Of a DNA stretch of 26,536 nucleotides, positions 15,272 through 24,429 are shown in pieces. This stretch comes from a virus. Taxonomy: Duplodnaviria > Caudoviricetes. The notes under the pieces are model-generated. The model had not been told where the DNA came from, did not search any database, and saw nothing but the letters and a program-made list of their open reading frames with translations. The stretch covers positions 1 through 26,536 of IMG/VR virus record IMGVR_UViG_3300011339_000753. One strand, written 5' to 3'. The position numbers and the translations under genes were made by a program. Within the stretch, counting starts at the first letter, position 1; each line of letters opens with the position of its first letter.

Positions 15272-17597
15272 ATTGGCCTCCTGGTTGGTTGACTTTAGCT
15301 TGCTGCAGTTGCAGCTTTTGCTGGTTGATCTGTGTGGTCTCTTGCAACTTCTGCTTGTCCAAGGCCAAGCGCTGCTGGTCGATACCAATGCGGGCCTGGT
15401 CTGCCTGGGCGCGCTGCTGGATTTCGGTTTCCTTGAGCTTGATGAGCGGATCGGGACCTTCGCCACCTGCCATCTCCTCTTGCATCGTGCGCACTTCCTG
15501 CATGTACACCGCGATCTTGATGGCGACCATGCCTTCCTTCTGGATAGCAGACACCAGGCGATCGGGATCGGTACCGTAGGCCTTGAACAATTCGGCTTCG
15601 ACGTCCTCTTCGGCCTTCAGGCGCACGTGATCCAAGATGTGCTTTTGCAACTCGGCAGCAGACATTGGATTGGCCTGCAAGATAGGCGACAAGCCCATCA
15701 TCAGGTGCGTTGCAATGTGCGCATCGTGCTGTTGTCCAGCAAAGGCCTTCAACTTCATGCCGTTCAAGACGTCACTATTCTCCGACGCAGGGTCGCGAGG
15801 CGTGTTGGTGTTTTGCGGCAGCAGCACACCGTCGATGTCACGGATATTGAGCGCTGCGTACATGCGGTAGTAGGCCTCGTACATGTTGTGCATGTTCGGG
15901 GCGCTCTGGGCCAGCTGCAACTGCATCTGTGCAAGCTGAATGCGCTGTGCAGAGCTGAAGATGTTGGGGTCAGCCACTGGCTGCACGCCAACCATGCTGT
16001 TGAAGTCCGACTTCTTGACCTTGCGGCTCGCTCCAGGTACCTCGTAGGGGTACTCGTCGTCCATGTACTCGCCAAAGCCTTCAAACAGCAGGCGGAACTC
16101 AAGCGTTTGCGCATAGTGCAGACGCTTGTGGATGCTGGACATGACCATGGAGCCACGCTCGAGCAGTGCCAGGGTCGTTCCGACCTGTGCGTACTGGTTG
16201 CCGTCGCCAACTTGCATGTCGGCGGTGCTGGAGAGGCGCTTTCCGGCGTCCACAAGGAAGCCCAGGAGCGCAAACAGCACTTGGCTGGGCTCTTTGTATG
16301 GCAAAGGCAGCAAAGAGGCTGAAAGCTCTGCGCCGCCAGCGTCAATGTCGCGCCATTCGCCCGGTTGGATGGGATCAGAGTCGTCCGCGATGCGCGCACC
16401 CTTGGCTTTGAAGCCTGCAGGCAGGTTGGCGAGCGTGCCGGCGTCGATCAACTGGCGCAAAGCGCTGGTTGCAGACTTGCCAAGGCCGCCGATGAGGTGC
16501 ACAAAGCCCAAACCGTAGGCACCAGGGCCTTCGACGAGCACATAGTGCACGTAGTAGTTGCGGCGGCTGCGTTTTTCGTCGTTTTCTTTCCAGTTTCTGC
16601 GGATGCCAACGACTTTCAAGGTGTCTTCAACAAGGGTAACTACGTATGGCAGCTTCACGCCGGTCGGTTCGCCCTTGTCGTCAAGGTCTTCAAAGCCTGG
16701 AAGGTCCAAATCAACCAGTTGCTCGAGCAAAAACACCTCGCCGATGTCGTCAGTGGGCTGAATACCGGTGACTTTGTCCACCGCTTCGCGAATTTGGCTC
16801 GCATCAGCAGGCGTTGCATAGGTTTCGACGTAAATATCGAGGTACTCACCTGCCAAAGCACGCTTTTTGTACTCGTTGGAGTCCATTGCGATGCGGTTTG
16901 TCAGGCGTGGGCACTGGGAAACGACGCTCGAACCGTTGTAGGGGATGAAAACATCGTCTGCCAGACACAGTTTTGACACCATGCGGCCCAATTGGTAGTC
17001 GTAATAGACCTTCTTGAAGGTCGAACCACCGTAGCCAGTGTAGAAAAGCTGCTGATCAAACTCCGGTGTGTACTCTTCCATCACCGTGGTGATCTGGTAG
17101 TTCATAAAGTCCTGCACTCGGCCGGCCTGTTGGAACTTTTCGACCGTCTCTTTGCCCATGATCTGCGTGCGAACAGGGCCACCAGCAGGCATCAGCTCCT
17201 TGAAGGCCTGTGCCTGGAACTGAATGATGGCCTCGGTCAGCATTGGATGGGTCGCGCCTGACGCGCCACGGAAGGGTTTAGTACGCTCTTCCATGCGAAA
17301 GCCCAGCAAGTCCAGGCCCTTGGCGTACATCTGCTCCCAATCGGAGCGTGAGCCCTTGTCTGCCTCGAACATGGCCGACACGTCCAGGCCAATCTTGGCC
17401 AAGACGTCCGGCTCAATGACCGCTGCCAGGTTGTCGTAGAAGCCAACGTCGTTCGCTTCGTCCTCACCGATCTCAACGGTGGCACCACCGTCAGCCTCGA
17501 TGATGATTTCAATGTCAGATTGAGGCTCTGGGATGCCACCGCCGCCCACTATCACTTCAAGTGAGGGCAGCTGGTTCATTGCTTTTTCGATTGCCAT
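15261..17597 (-). CDS. Portal protein (P22-like, with C-terminal Q-rich coiled coil)
   Basis: 778 aa; SR.DW...Y..GLDLLG, HP.L.EA..QFQA, G..FKKVY, GLG..HLIG, LRQLIDAGTL.NLP.G, VGTTLALLE; RBS AAGGA. Confidence 0.9.
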   Translation of the reverse strand: MAIEKAMNQLPSLEVIVGGGGIPEPQSDIEIIIEADGGATVEIGEDEANDVGFYDNLAAVIEPDVLAKIGLDVSAMFEADKGSRSDWEQMYAKGLDLLGFRMEERTKPFRGASGATHPMLTEAIIQFQAQAFKELMPAGGPVRTQIMGKETVEKFQQAGRVQDFMNYQITTVMEEYTPEFDQQLFYTGYGGSTFKKVYYDYQLGRMVSKLCLADDVFIPYNGSSVVSQCPRLTNRIAMDSNEYKKRALAGEYLDIYVETYATPADASQIREAVDKVTGIQPTDDIGEVFLLEQLVDLDLPGFEDLDDKGEPTGVKLPYVVTLVEDTLKVVGIRRNWKENDEKRSRRNYYVHYVLVEGPGAYGLGFVHLIGGLGKSATSALRQLIDAGTLANLPAGFKAKGARIADDSDPIQPGEWRDIDAGGAELSASLLPLPYKEPSQVLFALLGFLVDAGKRLSSTADMQVGDGNQYAQVGTTLALLERGSMVMSSIHKRLHYAQTLEFRLLFEGFGEYMDDEYPYEVPGASRKVKKSDFNSMVGVQPVADPNIFSSAQRIQLAQMQLQLAQSAPNMHNMYEAYYRMYAALNIRDIDGVLLPQNTNTPRDPASENSDVLNGMKLKAFAGQQHDAHIATHLMMGLSPILQANPMSAAELQKHILDHVRLKAEEDVEAELFKAYGTDPDRLVSAIQKEGMVAIKIAVYMQEVRTMQEEMAGGEGPDPLIKLKETEIQQRAQADQARIGIDQQRLALDKQKLQETTQINQQKLQLQQAKVNQPGGQYAA

Positions 17598-17606
17598 GTC
17601 TTTTCC

Positions 17607-20600
17607 TTATCGGGTTCTGGGCGACGCGCCAAGGCCAGCCTTGTACGTCTGCAGCAGCGGGGTCAGGAACTCGTCCTTTTCCTCAATCGCAGCTGGTTTG
17701 AGATAGTTTTGCAAGAACTGGGCGACGGCTTCGTCGTACTTTTCAGGGGCAGTGTTGCCAGTGGCACGGCCGTTGCCCTTGATTTGCGTCACGACAGGAG
17801 TGTCCTCGTCCAGCATCTTCACCTCGATTGTGTTGACAGGTCTATTTCTGTTGTCACGTAGAGTATATACCTGCCACTTGCCAGTGTTGAAGCCTTCGCG
17901 CTTGTCTTGTGTGTAAGTTGCACCGCCAGTTTCGTAGCCGCCCACTGAGTGGCCGACGTACGCGCCTTCTGGCACGGTGGCTTCGCGCTTCTCGATGCGC
18001 TTCCAGGCAAAGCCTTCGAGCGGTCCTTTGTCGATCTGCAAAAGTGGAGCGCTGACGCCCTCTGAAAACACCGCGTCAGCCACTGGCTTGCCGGACTTGA
18101 TGCGCTCGGCAATGTTTTCCATCTTGAACTGCTTGTCTCCGAGCTTCAAGCCGCCGCGCACTGCATCTTCAAAACGGATATTGGCAAGCTCCCGTGCAGG
18201 CAAGCTGGCCAAATACTGGTTGATGTTATCGGGCTTGAACAGAGTGCTTATGGGCTTGCCCATGTAGCCGATGTCGTAGACCGGTTCGCCTTTTTCAATG
18301 GCAGTGCGGACGTTGTCAGCGAGCAGGTTTTTGCCCACGTCTTCGTATGCCAGGCCATGCAAGCGTCGGCCCTTTCCAAACTCTTCATTGGCCCATGCAG
18401 CTTGCTGTTCAGGCGTCATCTTTTTGTAAGCCGAGGCTTCTTCAAACGCAGCAAGCAAGTCCTTGGCTGCACTTGTGCCATCGCTCAAGATGCGCTCAGG
18501 CTCTTTGACTGAGCGGGTGGTGACAGCCACTTCGGGGTTGGCAAGCTCAGGGCGCAGGCCCTGGCCAATCATCTTGTCCGCTTCGGCTTCTCCCGCTGCA
18601 CGGCCCATGGCTCGTCCCTGGCTACTGAGCAGGTTGAACCCTGGATCAGCTGCGGCAGGATTGTCAGTGATTAAGTTGCCCTTAATACCTGTGGCCTGGT
18701 CGTAGCGCTTGGTGAAGTCTTCCATTGCTCGTGGGTACTTGGGGAAGAAGCGCTCTTGACCTTGTTCGTTCACACGCGTCTTACCTGCTGCGATCTGGTC
18801 CAGCATGTATTCTGGGAACATCTCTTCCAGCGCAGTGCCTTTGATCTGCTTCTTGGCAATCGCTGCTGCAATCGGATCATCTGGCGTACCAAACTGACGA
18901 GTGAAGTAGTTGCGTGCCTTCTTGTCCCAGAACTGCTTGATCAGCTCTTCCTGGCCCACATTCTGGCCTGCCACAGTACGTGCATTGCTTATGCCCTTCT
19001 GCAGTATTTGATCAACTTCGCCGACGTTTGTATTCAAGCCAACAGGGCCTGTAAGCATCGTGCTGCCAGTGGGTCGCACGGCGTACAAAGGCTTGGCGGC
19101 CTGAGGCACCAGGTTGGCCAGTGGGCCTGCGTTGTCCATGATGGCGCGGTCCAGCTGACGGCCAACTTCCTTGGCTCCAGCCTTGACGCCTTTCTCGACA
19201 ACAGGGCCGGCCTTGCGTGCGACGCCGGCAGGGTTTGTGAGGTTGGACAAGAGCTCGCCGGCTGTGTAGAAGCCCTTGGCTGTCGGATCAGCAGGAGGCT
19301 CTGGGCGCACGCCGGCACCGGTCATCTTCTCCTTGATCCAGTCGCTTCCCATGACAGGGCGCTCTGTGCTGTAGCCAAACGGACGCATCAGCATCGTGGC
19401 GATGTCTACAGGCGCGCCTGCCAAATCGTAGGGCAGCTCTGTCACGCCCTTGGCCATGTTCACATACGCGTCACCAGACTTGAGCTGACGGCTGATCTCG
19501 CCTTCCTTGCGGCCCTTGCCAGACTTCGGTGTCACGAACGCTGGTCCAATTTCACCTTCCTCAGGAGAGCCGTCTGCACGGTACTCAGGAGGCGGTGTGG
19601 TGATTTGGCCCTTGCGGTTTTGCATCTGCTCGCGGCTCATGGTCCAAGGCTTGCCTTCGACCTGCTTGTTCTGCGACTGTGCGGCCATGGCGGCAACGAG
19701 CTTCTCCAGCTCTGCCTGGCTCTTGGACCGCGCTGCAAGCTCCGCTCCAATGCGGTTGTTGTGCACGTCCATCTCGTAGTCGTCGCGTGGCTTTCCGATG
19801 CCAAACATGCTGAAGAACGACTCAGGGTTGCTCATGCGCTCATGCGCCTTGCCCAGGAACTGCGCTGCGCCTGGCCCGAACTTCTTTGCCACGGTTGCAG
19901 CGGCCAACATGTGGCGCGCCGCGTCGCGTTGATCGTCTTGGCCCATCTGGCCAGGGAACATCCGCTCGGCGGCGTCCGTGGCGTAGCTGTTCACGCGCAA
20001 GATGCTGGGCTCTTCAACCTCTTGCGCGCCCGACTTTTTTGCTTCACCACCTTTTTCAAAGCGCTTGGCTGTCAAGCGGCCTTTTGTCAAAGTGGGTTGC
20101 TCGAGCGTTGGTGCGCCCAGAGTGTTGCGCATGAAACCTCGAGACTTATCAGTGGCCTGCTGTGCGCGCAGCTTGTAGGCCAGCGCCAGTGCTTCCATTT
20201 GCGAGCGTGCTGATCCGTCGTCCTTGAGCTGTGGCACGAGGTCCTTGGCGGACGTCAATGCTTCGTACTCCATGCTCATGCCCTTGGCTGTGCCGCCACC
20301 GCCAGAGGTCTTCTTGCTCACGCGCTTGATGCTCTTGGCGTTGGGCGACTCGGTGACTTGCGTCACGCTCTGTGTAGGGCCAGTGAGGTCAGCCAGCATC
20401 TTTTGCGCCGAGCCAGCAGGATCGGTGTTGATCGCTTCGTCCTCGGCCTCAGCCATGTTGAACTCGTTCACGTCGGCCAGGCCGCCTTTGGCAAAGCCGG
20501 GTGGCCCAAACAAAGGTCCCATGCCTGGCGCGTAGATGCGGTTACCCAGGCGGTCGGTCATGACCCCTGCGTTTTGCGCACCGCCCAGCATGGTGGGTGA

Positions 20601-22703
20601 CAGGTTCTTGTTCTGTCCGATGGCGTTCATCGTGTTTATCGCGCCGTACATCGGCATGTCGGGTGATCCGATGGCCGTGGTCCCTGCATTGATGCCAGGG
20701 GTGCTTGGCTGGCTCATGCCAAAGTAGTTGCTGGGGTTCGTGGCTGCATTGCCACCGCGCACGGGCGACGAGCCAAAGACCATGGGCGCTGCAGGCCCTG
20801 TGATGTTGATGCCGCCAATGTCTCCCACTTGCCCGATCTGCCCCACGCCTTTGCTTTGGTACAGAGTAGGTTGCGTGACAGGGATTTGTTCAGCCGTGAT
20901 GTCGGTGCGCTCACCGCCTTGGCCAAAGATGGAACCAGTAGGTATCCTGCCTTGGCGCTCTTCGTCGCGTGTCTTGTCCAAGTAGCGGGACCAGCCCACG
21001 TCCAAGGGTCCGCCCAGGTCAAGCTGCCCGATCGTGCCGGCAGAGCCAACAGTGGACAGGTTGGAGGGGATGGTGTACGGGCTGGTCTTGCTGGCTGTCA
21101 GGCCAGCGAAAGGATCGACCTTGAGTTGCGACTTGGGCAACGGCACAAAGCCGCCTCCTGGTGTCACGCCGTCCCAGCTGCCTGCCTCAGGGTTGTTGTA
21201 CCCCGCGCCGCCAGGGCTGAAGAACGCCTTGTTGCGTTTGGTGTATTCGCTCTCAGGCATCTTCATGGACTGCTCGTACGAGTCAATCCACTTGGGTGTT
21301 GGGTTAAAGCCTGCTGCGTGAGCGGCCTTGGCCACTGCGTCGTAGCCGCCGTATTTGTCAAGCTCTGCTGTGGGCGCGCCGCCAGTGCTGGAGCGGTACA
21401 TCAAGTTCAGCGCCGTGGCTGCAGTCAGGCCAGGCGTTGTTGCGGCTGTGCCGGTGATTGCGTTGGACATGGGCAATGCTGCCTTGGCCCGTGCGTCGGC
21501 GTCCGCCTTCAATGCGTTTTGGATGGCCAGCTGCTGCGCGGCTGTTGCCTCTTCCTGTTGCTTTTTCAGAGCGGCTGCTTGCTGCTCCTTGAGTGTCGTG
21601 AGCTCCAGTGCGTTCTTCGAGGCCAACGCTTCACGGGCCTTGTTCGCGTCGTCAAGCTGTTTGGCAAGCTCTGCTGCTGTGGGGCCGGCAGGTGTTGCCG
21701 CTGCTGCAGGTCCTTCAACTGCTGCCGCTGCTGCGGGGGCCGCGCTGCGTGGGCTGAACACACGCTTGATGGCTCCGACAATCTTTCCGATCACGCCGCC
21801 TTTGAATTCATGCAAGCCTGTTGCAGGGTTGATGGAGCCCGAGCCGCCCATCTTCTTCAAGATTTCCACAGAGGCTGGTGACAGATAAGCCAGAAGCTCA
21901 TCACCGCCACGTCCGGCTGCCGCCACACGGTCGACTGCTTCCATGATCTGTGCGTGCGTGAGCTTGCCCTTGGAGCTGATCTCTTGGGCCATCTTCAAAA
22001 TGGCTGCGTCGTCTGGCTCATAGCCGCCGTCCATCTCGCCCAGCATTTCCTTGGCAGACTTGCCCTTGGGCGCGGCTTTGACTTCACCGCCATCGGCCAT
22101 GAAGCGGTTGGCCACGGACATCGAGCCAAAGTTGAACCTGTCAGGATCACTTACAACGTCAATTGCCACAGCGCGGTTGCCGGCGTCTTCACGCGCACGG
22201 TCCGCTGCCTTTTGCTGGTACGCCTGCACGTCCTCGACCTTGAACGGCACCTCAGGCGCTGTCATCGTGAACGCCGCCGGGTCCTTGGGCGCTGTCATGT
22301 CAAATTGCCGCGCCAGTGTTGGCGCAGCAGGGCCCGCATAGTCAGAGGTGCGGTCCCCTGCGTTCCATGCGTTGATGGCCTTTTCGTATTCGTCGTACTG
22401 CGTCTTGTACGGGTTGTAGACTTCCTCGTTGTAGCGCTGCGCTGCCAAGTTGTAGGCCTCGGTCTGCGCCTTGTACGGGTTGTAGACTTCTTCCTGGTAC
22501 TTGGTCAGCGCGTCGTTGTACGCCAGGCGCTGCTGCTCGAATGCGTCCAATTCCTTTTGCCGCGCACCCAGGTACTCTTTGTCCGAGCCACGGAGCATGG
22601 CCCGCTGCACAGGGTTGGCAATACCGCCAAAAGCAAAGTTTTGTACGGGTGTTGAGAAGGCGTCAATGTCCTGCTCATCAGGTGGTAGATTTTGATTTTC
22701 CAT
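17607..22703 (-). CDS. Giant multidomain (polyvalent-type) protein, 1698 aa; C-terminal PcfJ-like domain and internal DUF6973-like domain; possible internal virion/ejected protein
   Basis: Uninterrupted 5.1-kb ORF between terL and portal; motifs GRGGD.LLAY.SP....LK..GGSG.INP.TGL.EF, DAARH...HE...MD.HNN.IG, EG...GHSVGGY...YTLRD...TIEV...QIKG. Confidence 0.85.
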   Translation of the reverse strand: MENQNLPPDEQDIDAFSTPVQNFAFGGIANPVQRAMLRGSDKEYLGARQKELDAFEQQRLAYNDALTKYQEEVYNPYKAQTEAYNLAAQRYNEEVYNPYKTQYDEYEKAINAWNAGDRTSDYAGPAAPTLARQFDMTAPKDPAAFTMTAPEVPFKVEDVQAYQQKAADRAREDAGNRAVAIDVVSDPDRFNFGSMSVANRFMADGGEVKAAPKGKSAKEMLGEMDGGYEPDDAAILKMAQEISSKGKLTHAQIMEAVDRVAAAGRGGDELLAYLSPASVEILKKMGGSGSINPATGLHEFKGGVIGKIVGAIKRVFSPRSAAPAAAAAVEGPAAAATPAGPTAAELAKQLDDANKAREALASKNALELTTLKEQQAAALKKQQEEATAAQQLAIQNALKADADARAKAALPMSNAITGTAATTPGLTAATALNLMYRSSTGGAPTAELDKYGGYDAVAKAAHAAGFNPTPKWIDSYEQSMKMPESEYTKRNKAFFSPGGAGYNNPEAGSWDGVTPGGGFVPLPKSQLKVDPFAGLTASKTSPYTIPSNLSTVGSAGTIGQLDLGGPLDVGWSRYLDKTRDEERQGRIPTGSIFGQGGERTDITAEQIPVTQPTLYQSKGVGQIGQVGDIGGINITGPAAPMVFGSSPVRGGNAATNPSNYFGMSQPSTPGINAGTTAIGSPDMPMYGAINTMNAIGQNKNLSPTMLGGAQNAGVMTDRLGNRIYAPGMGPLFGPPGFAKGGLADVNEFNMAEAEDEAINTDPAGSAQKMLADLTGPTQSVTQVTESPNAKSIKRVSKKTSGGGGTAKGMSMEYEALTSAKDLVPQLKDDGSARSQMEALALAYKLRAQQATDKSRGFMRNTLGAPTLEQPTLTKGRLTAKRFEKGGEAKKSGAQEVEEPSILRVNSYATDAAERMFPGQMGQDDQRDAARHMLAAATVAKKFGPGAAQFLGKAHERMSNPESFFSMFGIGKPRDDYEMDVHNNRIGAELAARSKSQAELEKLVAAMAAQSQNKQVEGKPWTMSREQMQNRKGQITTPPPEYRADGSPEEGEIGPAFVTPKSGKGRKEGEISRQLKSGDAYVNMAKGVTELPYDLAGAPVDIATMLMRPFGYSTERPVMGSDWIKEKMTGAGVRPEPPADPTAKGFYTAGELLSNLTNPAGVARKAGPVVEKGVKAGAKEVGRQLDRAIMDNAGPLANLVPQAAKPLYAVRPTGSTMLTGPVGLNTNVGEVDQILQKGISNARTVAGQNVGQEELIKQFWDKKARNYFTRQFGTPDDPIAAAIAKKQIKGTALEEMFPEYMLDQIAAGKTRVNEQGQERFFPKYPRAMEDFTKRYDQATGIKGNLITDNPAAADPGFNLLSSQGRAMGRAAGEAEADKMIGQGLRPELANPEVAVTTRSVKEPERILSDGTSAAKDLLAAFEEASAYKKMTPEQQAAWANEEFGKGRRLHGLAYEDVGKNLLADNVRTAIEKGEPVYDIGYMGKPISTLFKPDNINQYLASLPARELANIRFEDAVRGGLKLGDKQFKMENIAERIKSGKPVADAVFSEGVSAPLLQIDKGPLEGFAWKRIEKREATVPEGAYVGHSVGGYETGGATYTQDKREGFNTGKWQVYTLRDNRNRPVNTIEVKMLDEDTPVVTQIKGNGRATGNTAPEKYDEAVAQFLQNYLKPAAIEEKDEFLTPLLQTYKAGLGASPRTR

Positions 22704-22742
22704 ATTGCCCCGGCCGAGGAATTAGTTGTCTCATTTTAAGCG

Positions 22743-24200
22743 TCAATAGTACTCGGGCACAAGCTCCCCTTTCTCACCTTCTTCATTGTCGTCAGTTGCC
22801 AGGCTGATGAAGTTGCCTCGGCGGAATCTGTCCATGGCCATGGTGGTGCTGTCGACCATGTCGTCGTTGTCCCCGTTTGGAAAGGCCGCGCATTCCTCAA
22901 CAAGCTCCTCGGCCCAATCCGTGTCCGGTGCCCAGACCATCCCCGCCTCGAATATCGGAGCCACTGCGTTGGCCCGCGCCACTTTGTCCGTGCCCGTGCG
23001 ACGACCGCCAGGTGAGTACATCGTCACAGGGATGCTCATCCTGCGCAGCTCCTGCTGCAGCGGCGTGCCCGTGGCCTTCGCCTCAATCAGCACGTTGTCT
23101 GGCTGCCAGTGGTCGTACTGCTCTTTGGCGATCCGCTTGAGCTCGGGGAAGTCCCATCGTCCACGTTTGACATCGAGCAAGATGATTGATGCGCCCGAGT
23201 CCTCGTTCAGGTAGAACACGCCCCAGGTCGTAATGACAGAAAAGTCAGCCGTCTCCTTCTTGGAGTACGCCGTGTCCATGGACTGGATGATGTAGTTCAC
23301 CACCGGCGGCTCGTCATGCGGCCACACCTTCCACCACTCACGTTTCAGGATCGCACCCTCGTCGTTCGTGGGCTGCTGCTGGTACATCGCGTTCCACTTC
23401 TGCACTGACAAAGTGGCTTTCACGCCCTCGAGTTCCTCGATCTTCCAAAAGCCAGGCCATAAGGGTTTACCACTAGGCAAGATGGCTGGGAACTCGATCA
23501 CCTCCCACTGGTCCGCGTTCCGCGATTTCTGCGCCTTGAGCAAACGAGCTGTCAGGTCCTTCGTCCCCCAGCGCGTCATCACAATCACAATCGCACCGCC
23601 TGGCTGCAAACGAGTGCGAGGGCCAGAGATGTACCACTCCCAGGCATTGTCCAAAGCCAGGTCACTCATCGCGTCCTGCTCAGAGTGCGGGTCGTCAATG
23701 ATCAAAACGTCAGCACCCCGGCCTGTCATCGCGCCGCCCACACCAACAGCAAAGTATTCCCCGCCCTTGTTCGTGTCCCACCGGCCGGCGGCCTTGGAGT
23801 CTTGCTTCAGGCTTACATCAGGGAAGACCTCCTTGTAGGTTTCCATGTCCATCAGGTCACGGACCTTGCGGCCAAAGCGCACGGCGAGCTCGCTGTTGTG
23901 CGTTGCTTCAATGGCCTTGGTTCGCGGATCACGGCCCATGAGGTAGGCCGGCAGAAGATAGGACGCGAATTCAGACTTCGTGTGCCGAGGAGGCATGTTG
24001 ATGATCAAACGCTTCAAGGACCCAGCGGCAATGCGGTCGAATGCGTTGGCCATCTTCTCGTGGTGTGCACCAAGGATCGCGTTTGGCCAGACATAGCGCA
24101 CGAAGTCGATGAAGTTGCCACGGGCCTTCTCTTGAGTTTCAAGCTGCGCGAGCCGGTACTCGAGCTTGAGCCGTTCTGCGTCAATGTCTTCAGGGATCAT
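22743..24200 (-). CDS. terL: Terminase large subunit
   Basis: Walker A IINMPPRHTKS, Walker B LIIDDP, coupling motif VMTRW, nuclease acidic motifs SMDTAY, IEAKA.G, DDMVDS. Confidence 0.95.
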   Translation of the reverse strand: MIPEDIDAERLKLEYRLAQLETQEKARGNFIDFVRYVWPNAILGAHHEKMANAFDRIAAGSLKRLIINMPPRHTKSEFASYLLPAYLMGRDPRTKAIEATHNSELAVRFGRKVRDLMDMETYKEVFPDVSLKQDSKAAGRWDTNKGGEYFAVGVGGAMTGRGADVLIIDDPHSEQDAMSDLALDNAWEWYISGPRTRLQPGGAIVIVMTRWGTKDLTARLLKAQKSRNADQWEVIEFPAILPSGKPLWPGFWKIEELEGVKATLSVQKWNAMYQQQPTNDEGAILKREWWKVWPHDEPPVVNYIIQSMDTAYSKKETADFSVITTWGVFYLNEDSGASIILLDVKRGRWDFPELKRIAKEQYDHWQPDNVLIEAKATGTPLQQELRRMSIPVTMYSPGGRRTGTDKVARANAVAPIFEAGMVWAPDTDWAEELVEECAAFPNGDNDDMVDSTTMAMDRFRRGNFISLATDDNEEGEKGELVPEYY

Positions 24201-24230
24201 GGGGGTCCGTTTCGTTTTGGATTTGCAAAT

Positions 24231-24259
24231 ATTTTGACACGAGTTGACTTTGTTGACAA
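24231..24259 (-). promoter_or_regulatory. Candidate sigma70-type promoter for terL
   Basis: TTGTCA-N17-CAAAAT with TG at the extended -10 position, 30 nt upstream of the terL ATG. Confidence 0.45.
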
Positions 24260-24291
24260 AGGGGGCCCTTTATTGCAAGGGGGTCGAAAAC

Positions 24292-24307
24292 TGTTTCACG
24301 TGGAACA
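24292..24307. promoter_or_regulatory. parS: parS site (ParB/Spo0J binding palindrome)
   Basis: TGTTTCACGTGGAACA; reverse complement TGTTCCACGTGAAACA matches the chromosomal consensus TGTTNCACGTGAAACA exactly. Confidence 0.8.
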
Positions 24308-24429
24308 TACCGTGTAAAACAGGGCCAAGGCCTCAGCCTGCGGGACCCGGGGCCGTTTTTTGGGGCCCGGGGTGGGTGGGTACTCACTTACGCTGCAGGC
24401 CGCATGATCCGGGGCACTGGCCACCAGGT

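Noticed and set aside
15272-15466. N-terminal 65-aa extension of the 155-aa track ORF (likewise 2208-2348, 14726-14758, 14940-14987, 25133-25249)
   Set aside because: Extensions overlap upstream genes or leaders; internal ATGs have proper RBS or stop-start coupling
11176-20213. Long plus-strand ORFs (e.g. 11176-12180, 13562-14224, 15273-16322, 18756-20213)
   Set aside because: Antisense shadows of well-supported minus-strand genes, expected from GC-biased codon usage; no recognisable motifs
17607-22703. Giant ORF as tape-measure protein, virion RNA polymerase or intein-containing protein
   Set aside because: No tail tube/chaperone context, no polymerase catalytic motifs and no intein terminal or LAGLIDADG motifs recognised
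22733-22762. Internal promoter for the giant gene (TTGTGC-N18-TAAAAT)
   Set aside because: Weak -35 lying within the terL coding end; not enough support from sequence alone
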